A DNA stretch of 64,000 bases from a virus, in IMG/VR virus record IMGVR_UViG_2531839741_000003, positions 3,238 through 67,237 of that record. One strand, written 5' to 3'. The notes beneath the pieces were generated by a model. It was not told where the DNA came from. It worked only from the letters and a program-made list of their open reading frames with translations, and searched no databases. Both the position numbers and the translations under genes were made by a program. Numbering within the stretch: the stretch's first letter is position 1; each line of letters starts with the position of its first letter. Positions 42,092 through 55,050 of the stretch are shown here, piece after piece.

Positions 42092-43523
42092 CGTAACAGT
42101 TTACGGCGCACAGGAAAGGCTTACTGAAACTCTCTCTAAATCTCGTGTACGAATTTTTTATAAGGGTCTTAATCGCAATCGTACATTTATATCAGAGAGC
42201 TTTGCCGCAGAACTGATTAGTTCACTCCCATATGCTCCTATCAAAGGAATTTTTGATAAGGATACAATGGACTATGAAGATCACGGCGAATTGAACTCAG
42301 ATGGGAGGATTTACGGTATTATTCCTGAAAATCCAAACTTTAGATGGGAACGCTTCACCGACCTAGATGGTGTTGAAAGAGAATATGCTTGCGCCGATGT
42401 TATTCTTTTTACTGCTCTCTATCCCGAAGCAAATCTAATTAGCGGCAAGTCTCAATCAATGGAGATTCACCGCAGTGGTTTGACGGGAGAATGGAAGATA
42501 TGTTAGGAGGATTAGATGCCTTATTACGAATTCCTTCATGGACATTTGTTAGGATTGCAAGTGCTTGGTGAGGAAACTGAGCCATGTTTTGAGGGCGCCG
42601 CCTTCTATTCATTAGTTCAGAGTACTGAGGAACTACTCCACTACATTAAAAATTCTGTTGAAAAGGGAGATGAGATTAAGGCAATGGATAAGAATGTTTT
42701 CAAATTGGCAGACGACCATAAAGTTGGTCTTTTATATGACGCTATTAATACTAGTGAAACTGACTGCAATATTATTGTTGATGTTCACTGTGAATATGTC
42801 GTTTATTTTGATACTACTGAGCAAACTTTTAAGCGGGCTGATTACACGTTCGATTCTGAGAAAGATAGTGTTGCTATTACCACTACAGAATCTTGCATTA
42901 TGGAATTCGCTTCTACTGAAAAATCAGAAGTTGAAGTTGAAGATACTTTTGCCGCTGAAGTTGAAGCTCTTAAAGCTGAAAATGAGTCTCTAAAGGCTCA
43001 ACTCGAAGCTTTTGCAAAGTCAGATGAAAAGAAAGAGGATGACGAGGAGTCTGAAGAAGATGAATCAAAGCCTGAAGAGAAAGAAGATGAAGACGATGCA
43101 GAAGATAAGAAGAAAGAAGCTGAAAAAGAAAAGAATGCTCTAATTCAGTCTTATGAGGAAAAAATTTCTGAAAAAGATGCTGAAATTAGTAGATTGAATC
43201 AACTTAACAGCGACATTACTAATGAAAAAACTCAGCTAGAGGAATTCAAGAAGTCAGTTGATACTGATAAGAAACTTGCAATCCTCGAAGAGTTTGCAAG
43301 TTATCTAACTGAAGAACAGTCTAATTCCTATAAGGAAAAAATGGACGACTTTACAGTTGAGAACTTTAAGAAAGAAGTTTGCACTGCTGCATATGATGCT
43401 GATCCCTCAATGTTTAGCAAGAAGGATTCAGACGATTTGGTTTACAAGATTACAGAAGATAAAACCAATGAAACAGGTGCATTGAAACTTTTAAATAAAC
43501 ATAGAAAAGGAGGGAATAAGTAA
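42036..43523 (+). CDS. probable prohead protease/scaffold fusion, 2 TAG
   Basis: ORFs 42036 and 42516 joined by TAG GAG GAT TAG; protease-like N-half (GKSQSMEI, LQVLG...PCF.GA), acidic coiled-coil C-half. Confidence 0.65.
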
Positions 43524-44203
43524 TGGGTATTAAATTTAACCGCGCACTTTATAAGTCTGGTAAGACCGCAAAAGTCGGCAAGTATGGTCAGATTGAACCA
43601 AACCAGACTTGGTTTAACCGTGCAGGTATGGTTGAAGCACAGTGCAAGCTTGATCCAGAAAAGTTTGCTGCTTCTGAATCTGAAGCTGCTACTATCTCTG
43701 CTGACGGTCTAATCGTAGCACAGAATGGTGCTTTTCTAATGGTTGATAAGGCTAATCGTACAGTTACAATTCCTAATGCGGATATGAGTGCTTATGGTTA
43801 TCCAATGGGTATTAACTATTCAACCGAAAAAATTTATGATCAGTATGCTCCTATGAGACGTACATTCTGCTTAACAACTGAGGATTGGTTGCCTCGTATT
43901 GGTTATGTTGAGCCAGGTATGAGAATTACTACCAATACTGTTCAGTGGGATGAAACTACTTATGCAGATTATACATCTACTGATGATTCTTTTGACTTCT
44001 ACACTGAAATCAAGGAAACTCTAGAAGCTGGCACTACTGAACCAATTTATGCAGTAGTAACTGACGATTCTGATGGTGAACTAGTAATTGGTGCAGATCC
44101 TGCTAATGCAATTGGCAATGTATATGCGCAGCTAGTTAAGGCTTATACTAATGCTGATAGAACGTGTTCATTCATGTTCCAGATTATCAACAAGCCTGAA
44201 TAA
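43523..44203 (+). CDS. probable head decoration/structural protein, no TAG
   Basis: Lies between scaffold and capsid genes. Confidence 0.55.
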   Translation: MGIKFNRALYKSGKTAKVGKYGQIEPNQTWFNRAGMVEAQCKLDPEKFAASESEAATISADGLIVAQNGAFLMVDKANRTVTIPNADMSAYGYPMGINYSTEKIYDQYAPMRRTFCLTTEDWLPRIGYVEPGMRITTNTVQWDETTYADYTSTDDSFDFYTEIKETLEAGTTEPIYAVVTDDSDGELVIGADPANAIGNVYAQLVKAYTNADRTCSFMFQIINKPE

Positions 44204-44218
44204 TTTTAAAAAGGAGAG

Positions 44219-45352
44219 GTGAAAAATACAATGGATAAAAATGCAATCCGCGATTTATACGTACACGCATTTAAGGGAACTTCCCCAGACGTGACAAAGT
44301 TTTCTAACACAGACGTTAAGGAAACTCTAAAAGATGAAATTCATGCTATCGCACATGATTATAATTCCTATCGTAGAAATAAGCTCGACCTTTTTGAAAT
44401 TCTTCAGGAAGCTTATGACGATATTATTCCAGATTATGTTGGTTCTTTCGTTGGTTCATTTGCTGAAATTAAAACAGTAGCAAATGGTCAGAAGGCATCC
44501 TTCATTCGTAAGCGTGGCCGCCGTCGTGCAAAGACATTCATTACTGAAGTAGGTCTTTCAGGCGTTTATGAGAGCTTTAGACTAGATGTTGATACATTCG
44601 AAGTATCTGCTAAGGCTATCGGTGGCGCAGCTTACATTGACTTTGAGCGTTATCTAACTGGTGACGAAGATATTACTGAGTCTACTAACCTATTGCTCGA
44701 AGGCTTGGAAGAAGCAATCTATCGTGAAATTCTAAAGGCTTTGCTTGCTACGGTTAATTCCGCAGATATGCCTGCTGCTAATATGTTCGATGTAACATCT
44801 TTCGATGCTGAACTAATGGCAAAGGCTTGCACTATTGCTAAGTCTTATGGCGGCGGCTCTGCTGTAATCTTCGCTACACCTGAGTTCGTAGCTAAGATGG
44901 GTCCAGATGCAATTGGTATGCCAGTATATGGTCCTTATGCACTAACAGCAAATCCAACCGCTGGTTCTGCTGCTGGTTATGCAACTCCTGTATATAGTCC
45001 TAAGGACATTCAGGATATTGCCGCAACTGGTTATATTACTACATTCCGTGGTACTCCAATTGTTCAGTTGCCACAGTCCTTCGTTGATGAAGATAACGAT
45101 ACTTATCAAGTACCTCCTTCAATCGCTTATGTATTCCCGACTGGTCAGGAAAAGATTGTTAAGGTAGTATTTGAAGGTCCAACTCAGATTGATGATTGGC
45201 AGCACCGTGATCGTAGCTTCGAGGTTGAAGTATATAAGAAAGTCGGTGTAGCAATTCTGTCTACAAACAACTGGTGTATTTATAGAAACCGCGAGCTTGA
45301 AACTACAGAATATGCTATTCAAGATGAATTTAAGGAAATTCTCGATATCTGA
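44219..45352 (+). CDS. major capsid protein, no TAG
   Basis: 377 aa, position in module, strongly biased codons, downstream hairpin. Confidence 0.75.
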   Translation: MKNTMDKNAIRDLYVHAFKGTSPDVTKFSNTDVKETLKDEIHAIAHDYNSYRRNKLDLFEILQEAYDDIIPDYVGSFVGSFAEIKTVANGQKASFIRKRGRRRAKTFITEVGLSGVYESFRLDVDTFEVSAKAIGGAAYIDFERYLTGDEDITESTNLLLEGLEEAIYREILKALLATVNSADMPAANMFDVTSFDAELMAKACTIAKSYGGGSAVIFATPEFVAKMGPDAIGMPVYGPYALTANPTAGSAAGYATPVYSPKDIQDIAATGYITTFRGTPIVQLPQSFVDEDNDTYQVPPSIAYVFPTGQEKIVKVVFEGPTQIDDWQHRDRSFEVEVYKKVGVAILSTNNWCIYRNRELETTEYAIQDEFKEILDI

Positions 45353-45442
45353 GGGAATTGATTAATTTAATAAATTAAGGGCGGTGAGTGAGTTCTGCTC
45401 ACTTGCCGCCATTTTATTAAACGAGTTAAAGGAGGAATTACA

Positions 45443-45979
45443 TTGTCAGATAGACTAGTTAAAATAAAGAGTACAGCAAATAGTACAGTCGCAGTTTCAG
45501 ATCCTAATCTTAATATTCGTAGAATTTGGACAGCGAGAGGAATGGAACACGCTATTCCTTTTGATACGGTTGAGCAACTATTGTGGTCAACGGGCTTTAG
45601 AAATATGTTAGAGAGCGGCACACTTTATATTGATAATATGCAAGACAAGATTGATTTAGGTCTTGAGCCACAAGGTACAACAGAACCAACTAATTATAAG
45701 GTTCTTAATAATTCTCAAATGTTGACGCTGTTAAAGATTAGAACTCCTGAAGAGTTTGAAAAAGAAATTAAAACTTATCCAATTGAACAGATTAATATTC
45801 TAATTCAATATGCTGTTGCGAATGAAATTGCAGAACCTCAAAAGGTAGCAATTTTGAAAGAAATTACTGGCAAAGATATTGTAAAATTAATTGCTCGTAA
45901 GCACGAAATGGCAGAAGCGGATAAGATTCAAAAAGAGAAAGAAGCTGCATATGCTCGTGAGGATGGGCGCAGAGTCTAA
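45443..45979 (+). CDS. hypothetical head-module protein
   Basis: AGGAGG RBS. Confidence 0.65.
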   Translation: MSDRLVKIKSTANSTVAVSDPNLNIRRIWTARGMEHAIPFDTVEQLLWSTGFRNMLESGTLYIDNMQDKIDLGLEPQGTTEPTNYKVLNNSQMLTLLKIRTPEEFEKEIKTYPIEQINILIQYAVANEIAEPQKVAILKEITGKDIVKLIARKHEMAEADKIQKEKEAAYAREDGRRV

Positions 45980-45984
45980 GAGAG

Positions 45985-46470
45985 GTGAAGCAGATGGTTC
46001 GCTTAATGGATGTTTATGATGCCTTTCTTGCAAAAGTTAATGAAGACGATTGGTCACGTTGTTACTCAAAAGAGGACTTAGACTGGTTTCTAAAAGATTG
46101 GCGGGCGTTCTTAAATTCTGCACTTCCTTATTTTAGATTCCCACGGTGTAGTTTAGAAATTGATGAGAAAAATCAACGTTTCATAGATGATAAAATGAGC
46201 CAAGATGAAATTCAAGTTCTTGCAGTTTTTATGAAATAGGAATGGTTAAAAAGAACAGTTGATAGTTGGGAAAATATTAAAACACAATATGATGAATCTG
46301 ATTTTTCTTAGGCAAATCTACTTAGCAATTTCATGGACTTAAAAGATTAGGTCACGGAAGAAGCAAGAAAAGTAGAAGCTATATACTACCGCTCAATTGA
46401 AAAACAGCCTTTTAAGTATCGCCGATTGGCAGGAGGTGGCGGGAAACGTGACAGAAGAATACGCCGCTAA
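45985..46470 (+). CDS. putative head-tail adaptor, 3 TAG
   Basis: Open from 45985 to TAA 46470 when TAG=Gln; function from gene order only. Confidence 0.55.
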
Positions 46471-46726
46471 ACGCCGTGAGATATTAAAAAATCGGCTTTA
46501 TGGACTTCTTTGTGAGAAGGAAAAAGATGGAACATGGGAAGAATTCCTTGATAATATTCTTATAGACTTGTATAAGTTTAATGGCGAGAAAGATGAGATT
46601 TATAAATATCAATTGTTGATTAATAAACTTAATGCTTGCCGCTATTTATCTTATAAGTTCTATAGAAAGAACATTTTTGAATGTATGAATATGGTAGACG
46701 AGATGAGCGCCGATGAGTTATTTTGA
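46448..46726 (+). CDS. hypothetical protein
   Basis: GTG start within ORF 46397-46726. Confidence 0.55.
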   Translation: MTEEYAAKRREILKNRLYGLLCEKEKDGTWEEFLDNILIDLYKFNGEKDEIYKYQLLINKLNACRYLSYKFYRKNIFECMNMVDEMSADELF

Positions 46727-47441
46727 AGATGTTTATTTAAAGAGAATGAATAAGGATGGAACCACGATTCAAGAGAGAGCCAAAACAAGGAAGGAGCATG
46801 AATTTGACGAACCCTTTTTAAAAAAGACCAAATATCAAGGTTTGATTTATTAGATTGATGATTCGACGGCGAACATTGTATGTTCATTATAGCCGAACAA
46901 ATGGAATGAGGATTAGATGCTATCTAATATACTCGTTTCTACAAAAGCTAATAAACTTAATACTGGTGATATTTTACATATATATTAGAAAGTAAAAGAC
47001 AATGAGCAAGATAAACAATGGCTTATTGTCTATGTGGATGATGATATAACACATGGATACCAGGGCTATAAAGCAATTTGTTTAGATGAAACAATGAACT
47101 ATACAGATGAATATGGACAAACGTTAGAATTAGTACCTGTAAAATTTGTAAGTGCTACTGCTACTTTTGTTCAAGATAAATTTTCATCTTATGGCAGTGT
47201 TTCATATAGAGAGCCAAAAGCCGATAGAAAAATGATAACCAAAGATTTTGATTTCTTAAAGAAAGGAATTTACTTTGATTATAAGAACAGAGGATGGGAG
47301 ATTGTCGGTTTTGATAATGTAAGCATTGATGGAGTCGCTTATGTTTCAATTTCCGAAAAGCTAGTAACAGAACCTGAGCCTAATACCTCAGAGAATATAC
47401 TAGTGGGAGAAGATGAGAATTTCTTCTTGAATAATAGATGA
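46713..47441 (+). CDS. putative neck/head-closure protein, 4 TAG
   Basis: ATG 46713 in frame with ORF 47034. Confidence 0.6.
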
Positions 47442-47454
47442 GAGGTGGCGGCAG

Positions 47455-47952
47455 TTGGAATCAATAGTTAATTATGGTCAAGAGATTGGACCAAACTTAA
47501 TTAAAATTTGTAAGAAGCTATTAAATAATTAGAATTTATGTAAATTATTAGTAAACACGGACTTAGATCCAATAAATCCAAAATTACATTAGGATATTGA
47601 AGATCCCATGACGTTGTTCGGAACGAACATACGAGTTATACCTCTAGTTACTAATGATGATGAGACGACAACGAGCAAATTAGTTCTAATTTTTGCTGAT
47701 GGCTCGCCTTCAGATAATTATAGTAACGAAAACTTAAGTTTACTAATTTATATCTATTCGCCGTTTAAGGAATGGCAGATTACTGGTGATTAGCTTCGAC
47801 CTTTTGCTATTATGTCAGAAATCCGAAAGAGCTTATAGGATAAACGAATTAATGGACTTGGAGAAATCAGATACGAGGGGTTTGATATTTCATCATTAAC
47901 TGACCAAATGGGCAGTTACTTAATGAGGTTTCGTATCAATGCTTTCAGCTAA
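47455..47952 (+). CDS. putative tail completion protein, 4 TAG
   Basis: TTG 47455 after GAGGTG; in frame with ORF 47608; TAA 47952. Confidence 0.55.
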
Positions 47953-48688
47953 TTAGATTGCTGTGGTAAAAGAACAAGCTTATGCTGGATATCCATCGAA
48001 GTTTAGAAATATTTGCTATGTTAAGCCTTGTTTAATGAGTGAGTTCTTATAGATGGGTAGTGATGAATATAATTCACGGCTTGGTTTGTTATTACTAACT
48101 GAAGACGAAATTGCTAAAATAGTGAAAACAAAAACAGGATAGAATGTTCCCCTTGAAGAGATCCATGTGTTATCATATTTACTTTAGAGTGCGAATGCAA
48201 GCAATGCATTTTTATTGGAACTCTAGAAGGCTTTTTCTACATTCATAACAGAAGATGTACTGTTGTTACCAAAAATTAATTCGGTGTTGGTCGGTCCGAT
48301 GTCGGAAAAGCGATTGATTACGGAGGAAAACTTTGGCGACTTCTAGACGATTCTGAGAATTCAAAACAGGAAGGAAGTTCCTGAACCACCTCCCGAAAAC
48401 GAGTCAGCAGTTGCTAGAAAAATGAGGTTATTACGTGAGTAGCGTGATGCTGTAAAGAGAAAGCAACAGTAGAAGGAAGGTAAAGGTTAGGATTTGGTTG
48501 ATTTGTTAGAAATCGCCGAGACTTTTGGTGTTGATTATAAATAGAAATCAATTTATGCCTTCTATGGATTAATTAGGCGGCATTAGTTGAAAGAAAAATG
48601 GGATTAGGATATTATGATGATGTGTGCTGGCGCAGATTCTAAGAAACTAAAACCGAAATATTGGGCAGAAGATCCCGATAAAACTTGA
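47939..48688 (+). CDS. hypothetical tail-module protein (chaperone candidate), 249 aa, 12 TAG, missed by the ORF track
   Basis: Uninterrupted frame from ATG 47939 to TGA 48688 when TAG=Gln. Confidence 0.7.
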
Positions 48689-48705
48689 AAATTTAATAAA
48701 GGAGG

Positions 48706-51700
48706 TTGATGATTATGGCACAAAACCTTTTTGAAAAATACGGCATTAAGGAAGTTGCTGATGTGTGGCTTTCTCGTATTGAACGGAAAGAAGAAACTTA
48801 TGAATCTCAAAGAAAGATTCCTGTATCTTCTATTCTAAAAAGCGCATTGACCTTAGAGACTGTTTATCCTCTTGATACAGATGGTAAGGGTGCAGATGAG
48901 GGCTATGAAGCTTATGTGTTTAAGGATGCCGATGTGCTGACTCATTATAATTATGATTGTGATGATGAAGTTACGGTTATTGGTAAGGGTTATGTTCTTG
49001 ATGTTCCAGGCGAGGAACCAGAAGCTCAAACTGATGCTGATACTGGTGAAGTAATTAGTGATTATCCTACTAAAGCTGAAAGCTATTATTCAGACTCAGA
49101 TGCTTTTACAGAAGCTTATACCAATAGTATTTTGACAATTAATTCTGCTTATGATAAAAATTCATTAAGAAATATTCTTTCTTCTGTTAAAGCTTACTTA
49201 GCTGGTACAGATTATGAAATCAGTGAAGTTACAATTTCAGATGTTACGATTTCTAATAGTTATAATACTTCTAGTACTTTAGATGGTAATGCTAGTGTAG
49301 ATGGATCAACTTTAATTACTTATGTATCATATCTAAAGTCCGCATATAGTGATGCTACAACTTTAGACACTCAGGGGAATGAAGTTTCTTATCCCCCAGA
49401 AATCTATTTTACGGTTGCAAAATCTGATGCTTACAACTGGGTAGCAGTAAGAGCTGCTATTGCAGAGTATCTATTATCTATTGACGCAAGCGAAGGTTAT
49501 GGTATCGATATTGATGAAACGGACGTTTATGGAATTTATACTGTTCCTAAATCTACAACTGAAGAATCTACTTCTACAGCCCTGACAACTGTTGATGTTT
49601 CAGCTATTAATATTGATTTTACCTATACAGACGGCGATGGTAATTCAATTAGTGTGAATTTGTCATATAGTGATGAAGAATATCTATCGGTTGCTTTGCC
49701 TACAAGTGTTGTAGAATATTTGACTGGTGCATCAGCTACTGAACCTGATGCAGAAGATGTTGTTGCGGCACTAGAAATTCTTTATAATACAGATGGTGTT
49801 ACAGTAACTCCTGAGGATGTGACAGATTCAGAAAATTAGACACTTTCAGAAGATTACGAAGATGGCGATGAACTATCGATTGATTTTTCATATATAGAAG
49901 GCTTTAATTATACTATCGTTCCTATGGATGATGATAGCTATGAAAGTGGTACTTTTATCCTTACTATCGTTCTATATCCGATTTATAGCTTTAATTATGA
50001 GATTGTTTTTGCGTCTGCCGAAGAAGCTCTTACGGGTATTTTTGATGTAACTACTGAATCACCTGATAACGCAACTGGAAATACAGGTCATTACGTAACC
50101 GATCCAGATTATGCAGATCAAGGTACTCATGAATTCACCTATGCAGAACAAGTTTGCTTAATCTTTGCAAAAGCACAGAATCTAATTACTAAACGTGGTA
50201 CTCGTTATCAGTTTACCGATGCAAACACCACCTTTAGTGACATTGAATTCAGTGATGAATTTGCAGCGGCACCTAACTCTTCAGAAAGAGTTGTGGTTGC
50301 TGGTTTAGCAGATAAAATTTCTGAAAATCTATATGATTTGGATGAAATTAATGAATACATTAAAACTCAACTAACTGATACAATTGATGCGAAAGCTTAT
50401 GATATTGTATATACCGATTATGCAGAGCTTGTTGTTGAGGATGAGATGGGTTACTATTTACCACAGCAACTTGGTACTTACAATAGAACAACTAAGAAAA
50501 TGGAATTCTTTGGTGATGGCGGCTATACTGCATATGCAACTGCACTAAAGGGTGTAGATATTGGTATTAGTACGGCAGTTAGTACTTGGGGTAATGATAA
50601 GCATTATAGTATTAATGACGCAATTGACGCTTTGAAGCAAGAAAAACGAGTTATCGATGGCGAAGTTGATCTTGGTACTGTTGGATTTGAAAGAATCTTT
50701 GGCGGCTACAAGGTACTTGGTGCTGATGATGGCGAGAAAGAAAAAGCTGGTCTACCATTCAATGATGGACAGGGCGTTTATGGATACGAAGTTAATGGCG
50801 AAGCAGTAACAAGTGTAATTGATGATTCTGCTGTATATAGCGGTTATCCTCTTGATTCTGTACTAGAAGCAATTGCATCTATGGAATCTCAGATTGAGGG
50901 GGCGCACTTACGTGTTAATAATGACTTCTTAATTCAGTCCAATAGAGCAATTTACGTTGATGCAGCATCTGCTTCTACATCTGCGCGCGCTCATATTTAC
51001 TTGCTAAGAAATATCAATGCTAAGAAACTTACATCTGATTCTGCTGGTATTTTCGAATTCTATGATAAGAAGGGCAATAAGCTTCATTATCAAGATAGAA
51101 TCTTTGCTGGCACAGAATATCTAGCACTTGTTACCATTGGTCAGTCTGGTCTAATCTTTGTTGTTGAAAGACACGGAACAAAGAATATTGATAAGATCGC
51201 TTGGATGGTAAGTGACGGTGGCTTCTTAACAAATAAACAAGCTGAGAAGATTGTTGCTAATGGTCTAATCCATACAGTAGATGTTACAGTATGTGACGAA
51301 TCCTTTGATGCAACTTGCACAGTAGGTTCTATCAAGATTCGTAAGACCAAGAAGAGCGTTCTTCACTATGTTCCAGTTCTTTATTTAGATACTCTTAAGG
51401 TTAGTACAATTGAGCAAGCCGCTGAAACAGTAGATGCTACTGGTGGTCGTGGCAATGCTAAACTAATTACTTGGGACTTCAGTAAAGAAATCACACTATC
51501 TATTGAAGATGCATTATTTACACCAGCATCTATGGCTGCTATTTGGGGCGGCGAACATGGTGATGTTAAGAATGGCGTTAAGGATACACATCACATTGAT
51601 AGAATGGAAAAGATCACTGCTAAGAGAAGCTTCATTGTACCAGCAGGTAATAGCCTAGGTACTCCTACTGAAGGCGATATTACTGCTCAGGCTGTTTACT

Positions 51701-52763
51701 ATGATCCTCAGACAATGGAACCATTCCAAGATGGTACTCCAATTGCAGAGGGCGAAGTGATTTATAAGTTTACACGTTCTGTAGCTTATGATGATAATAG
51801 TATTGGTAATACAATTGAAATTTCTGCGGAGAAATTCCCTGGTACTTATCGTGTAGTAGGCGAGACTTATGTACGTGATAAGAAGACTGGTGAAGATCAG
51901 AGATTCCAGTTCGTTATTCCAGAGGCTAAACATTTGGTCGCTTAAGTGGAAACATTTAAGGCAATAATTAATTAATTGCTGGGAAAACTTAGGTCAAATA
52001 AACCACAACGCAGTCAGGAATGGCATTCGTGAAGGTTTGAAAATTATTTGATAGTAGAGTTAATCAGCAGCGCGGCGACAGCAATCGCAACGTTCAACGA
52101 CTATTCCGAGAGGAAGTAGAGGTTAAGTAATCTCGAAATATTAAATACCTGAAAAGGTAAAGATATAGTCTTATCATTTGCGGTGACGCAAAGTTCTAGA
52201 CAAAGTAATACGAATACTTTGAAAAAATAAATGAAAATGTCAGCAGAAGATACATCCATTACGCTTGAAGCGGATGGAGATCCAGTCGTAAACAGTAAAA
52301 TCAAATGCGACTGTAAAATTGCTTAATTGCTGGGAACTCCTTAGAGCTAATAAAACTACAACATAATCTGAAAAGATAAGTGTGAATGTTAAAAATTTAT
52401 TAGATTGGACAATCAGCAGCGTAGTACCTTAAAGGGTAAACGTTCAACGACTATTCCGTAAGGAAGTAGAAGTTAAATAACTTCGATGTGACAATTACTG
52501 AAAAGTAAAGATATAGTCTGAACTTCTATTGAAAGATAGAGATATAACAAAATTGGTTTGACTTTACAATGGATGTCCTTCGTCCAGACGATGGCGTAAT
52601 GATGAAGTTCATTCAGTTTGATACAGTAGAAAACGAAGAAGAGAACGATGGTTCTACAATGGTTAAGGATACTGAAAACCTCAACCTACTTGACGATGCA
52701 GAAATGTATAAGATTAGTAGTGATACAGAGGAAGACCTAGCTATTGGTGCTACTGAATATTAA
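48706..52763 (+). CDS. tail-tube-like paralog A; exons 48706-51927, 52234-52289, 52556-52763; 1 TAG
   Basis: YGIKEVADV, PVLYLDTLKVST, ITWDFSKEI..EDALF, FPGTYRVVGETY, and after splicing TLEADGDPVVFDFTMDVL; structural role inferred from position. Confidence 0.7.
51928..52233 (+). ncRNA. group I intron 1 of paralog A
   Basis: P1 GGCTAA/TTGGTC with U-G; AATTGCTGGGAA, AATCAGCAGCG, GTTCAACGACTA, GATATAGTCT; ends in G. Confidence 0.85.
52290..52555 (+). ncRNA. group I intron 2 of paralog A
   Basis: P1 CAGTCGT/GCGACTG with U-G; same core motifs; ends in G. Confidence 0.88.
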
Positions 52764-52854
52764 TAGATATAAAATAAGGTAAAATGGTAAGTTGCAGCCA
52801 TTGGCGATCTAATGGTCCAATGGCTGCTTTTACTTATCATAATTAAATACGGAG

Positions 52855-55035
52855 GTGAATGGAATAATGAATTTATTTGATCAATATGGTATTAAAGAAG
52901 TCGCTGACGTAACAATCTATAGTATTCATAAGAAAGAAGATGGTAGCGGCGAAACATATTATATGCCAGCCTTGTATCTTGATACTTTAAAAGTTACTAC
53001 AACTGAAAAGACTGCTGAAAATACTTGGGCACAGGGCGGCCTAGGCAATTCTCGTTTGATTTCTTGGGATTATTCAAAGGAAATTAATATGACTCTTGAA
53101 GATGCTCTTTGTACTCCTGCTTCACTTGGTCTATGCTGGGGCGGCGTATTGAGTTCTGATTGGAAAGATGCGCAAGTTAATCACCAGTATGGAATTACTG
53201 ATAGTGGTTGTGGCACTGAAAGAATTTCAAGAATGGAAAAATGCTTCTATCCTAGAAATGATATGGCAAATGCTACTGTTAGTTCTTTACTCCCTCGTGA
53301 TGGAAAAGAAGACATTGCAGAAGATTGGAATGGCGATTTAGCTTACTTAACTCGTTCTTCTGTTCTTGATGGTACAGTAGTAAAAGGTTTTGGTTATGTA
53401 GATAGTCATCCTTATAAATGGCATTTAGAGATTGAAACTGCTGTTAAGTCTGTGGCTGTAGTTCCAGATAGATTCTATTCTACTCTTGGAAAAGGATATC
53501 CGATTAAGAAATTCCAGACTGTAGGGATTAATCAGCCCTCAGAGTCTTTTAAATATGAGATAATTTATAGACGTGGTGCAGATAACTATCCTTTTGAAGC
53601 TCCAAAAGCTAAAATTATTTATAATAGACAAGCAGCAGAAGAAGGAGAAAAAACCTTAGCCTGCTGGGATCAACTTGAAGCAATTTCTATGTTAGATGAT
53701 ATGGTAACATATCCTTTCTTAAAGATCAGGGTTTGTCTTGACGGTTCAATTAAAGCATATCTTGGTACTGAATCTGTTGATTGGGATTTGGAACGTACCA
53801 TTGACGAAACTGTAGCTGATGCTGATAAATACTGGGTAGAAAATCCATATATTAATACTGAGCAATTTAGATATATTGATATGTGGGAACGATTTGATAG
53901 CATTAATGCTCTTTCTTATTATTTAATTACTAAATATGAGGAGAATATTTATTCTATTGGTCCGAAAGATATTAAACCAGGTATCCCATTAAATACATAT
54001 ACTGGAATTACCTATTATACCGTACCATCAGGCAGTTATAGTTTTGTAATAAAAGAAGGACAGGTTGTTAATATAGAAGTGTATGATTATGGTACTGATT
54101 CAGATACAATGGATGAAACAACAGCAAATGATGTTATTAATAAAGTTCCTGAAGATTTAACAGTTACCTTCACGTTGACAGAAGATTTGAATGTTCCAGC
54201 GAACAGTGAGAAAGAAGCTATATATATTGCATTTTTGTATGCATATGGTGCCGTAGATATTGAGAGCGTAACTGATGATTCTAATATTACTTATTATACG
54301 ATTACTAAAAACTCTAGTGCAGATAACTGCGTAGTAGATAGTACATCTGAAGAAGTGACTTACAATGTTGGCGTTTTATCTGTTTAGTTTAATGAGATTG
54401 ATAGTAGTAGCATTACAACCACGGGTGTCACACAAACAAACGTTAGAGCAGGTGACGCGCATGTTGGATTAGGCGACCCAAGCAATCCTACAAATGGTGT
54501 AGTTGGCTTAGATTATGACTTAACAGATTCAAACCTCGCTATTGATAGTGGAACCTGTGTTCCGTGTTGTAAGAAAGCTAATTTAAGTCGTGCAATTTGG
54601 GCATATGTAAATCCTAGAACAATGTCTCCTTATGATGATGATTATTGGTTCCATCAAGGTGAGCCATATCTTAAGAAATCACTATCATTAAGTGCTAAGA
54701 ATTCTAAGCTCAAAGCTCAGAAAATTGTTGTCAACACTGGAGAGTTCCCTGGCATGTATAAGATTGTAGGTGAGACTTATATTAGATCTCGTGAAACAGG
54801 TGAGGATGAACGTGTTCAACTATCATTCCCATTATGTAAAATTAAGTCTGACCAAACACTAACGCTTGAAGCAGATGGTGACCCAACAACCTTTAATCTA
54901 GATGTTGAAGTTGCTGTGCCGCCAAATGGTGTTGCAATGGAAATTACATTTTACGATGTTGAAAAGGAAATGACTTCAAGTTGCAATGGTAGTAGAGTTG
55001 AAAAGGATGGTTCAACACGAGTAAGTGCGCAGTAA
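52855..55035 (+). CDS. tail-tube-like paralog B, 1 TAG
   Basis: ORFs 52855 and 54622 are in frame across TAG 54385; same conserved blocks. Confidence 0.7.
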
Positions 55036-55050
55036 GGGAGGTGACGTTAG

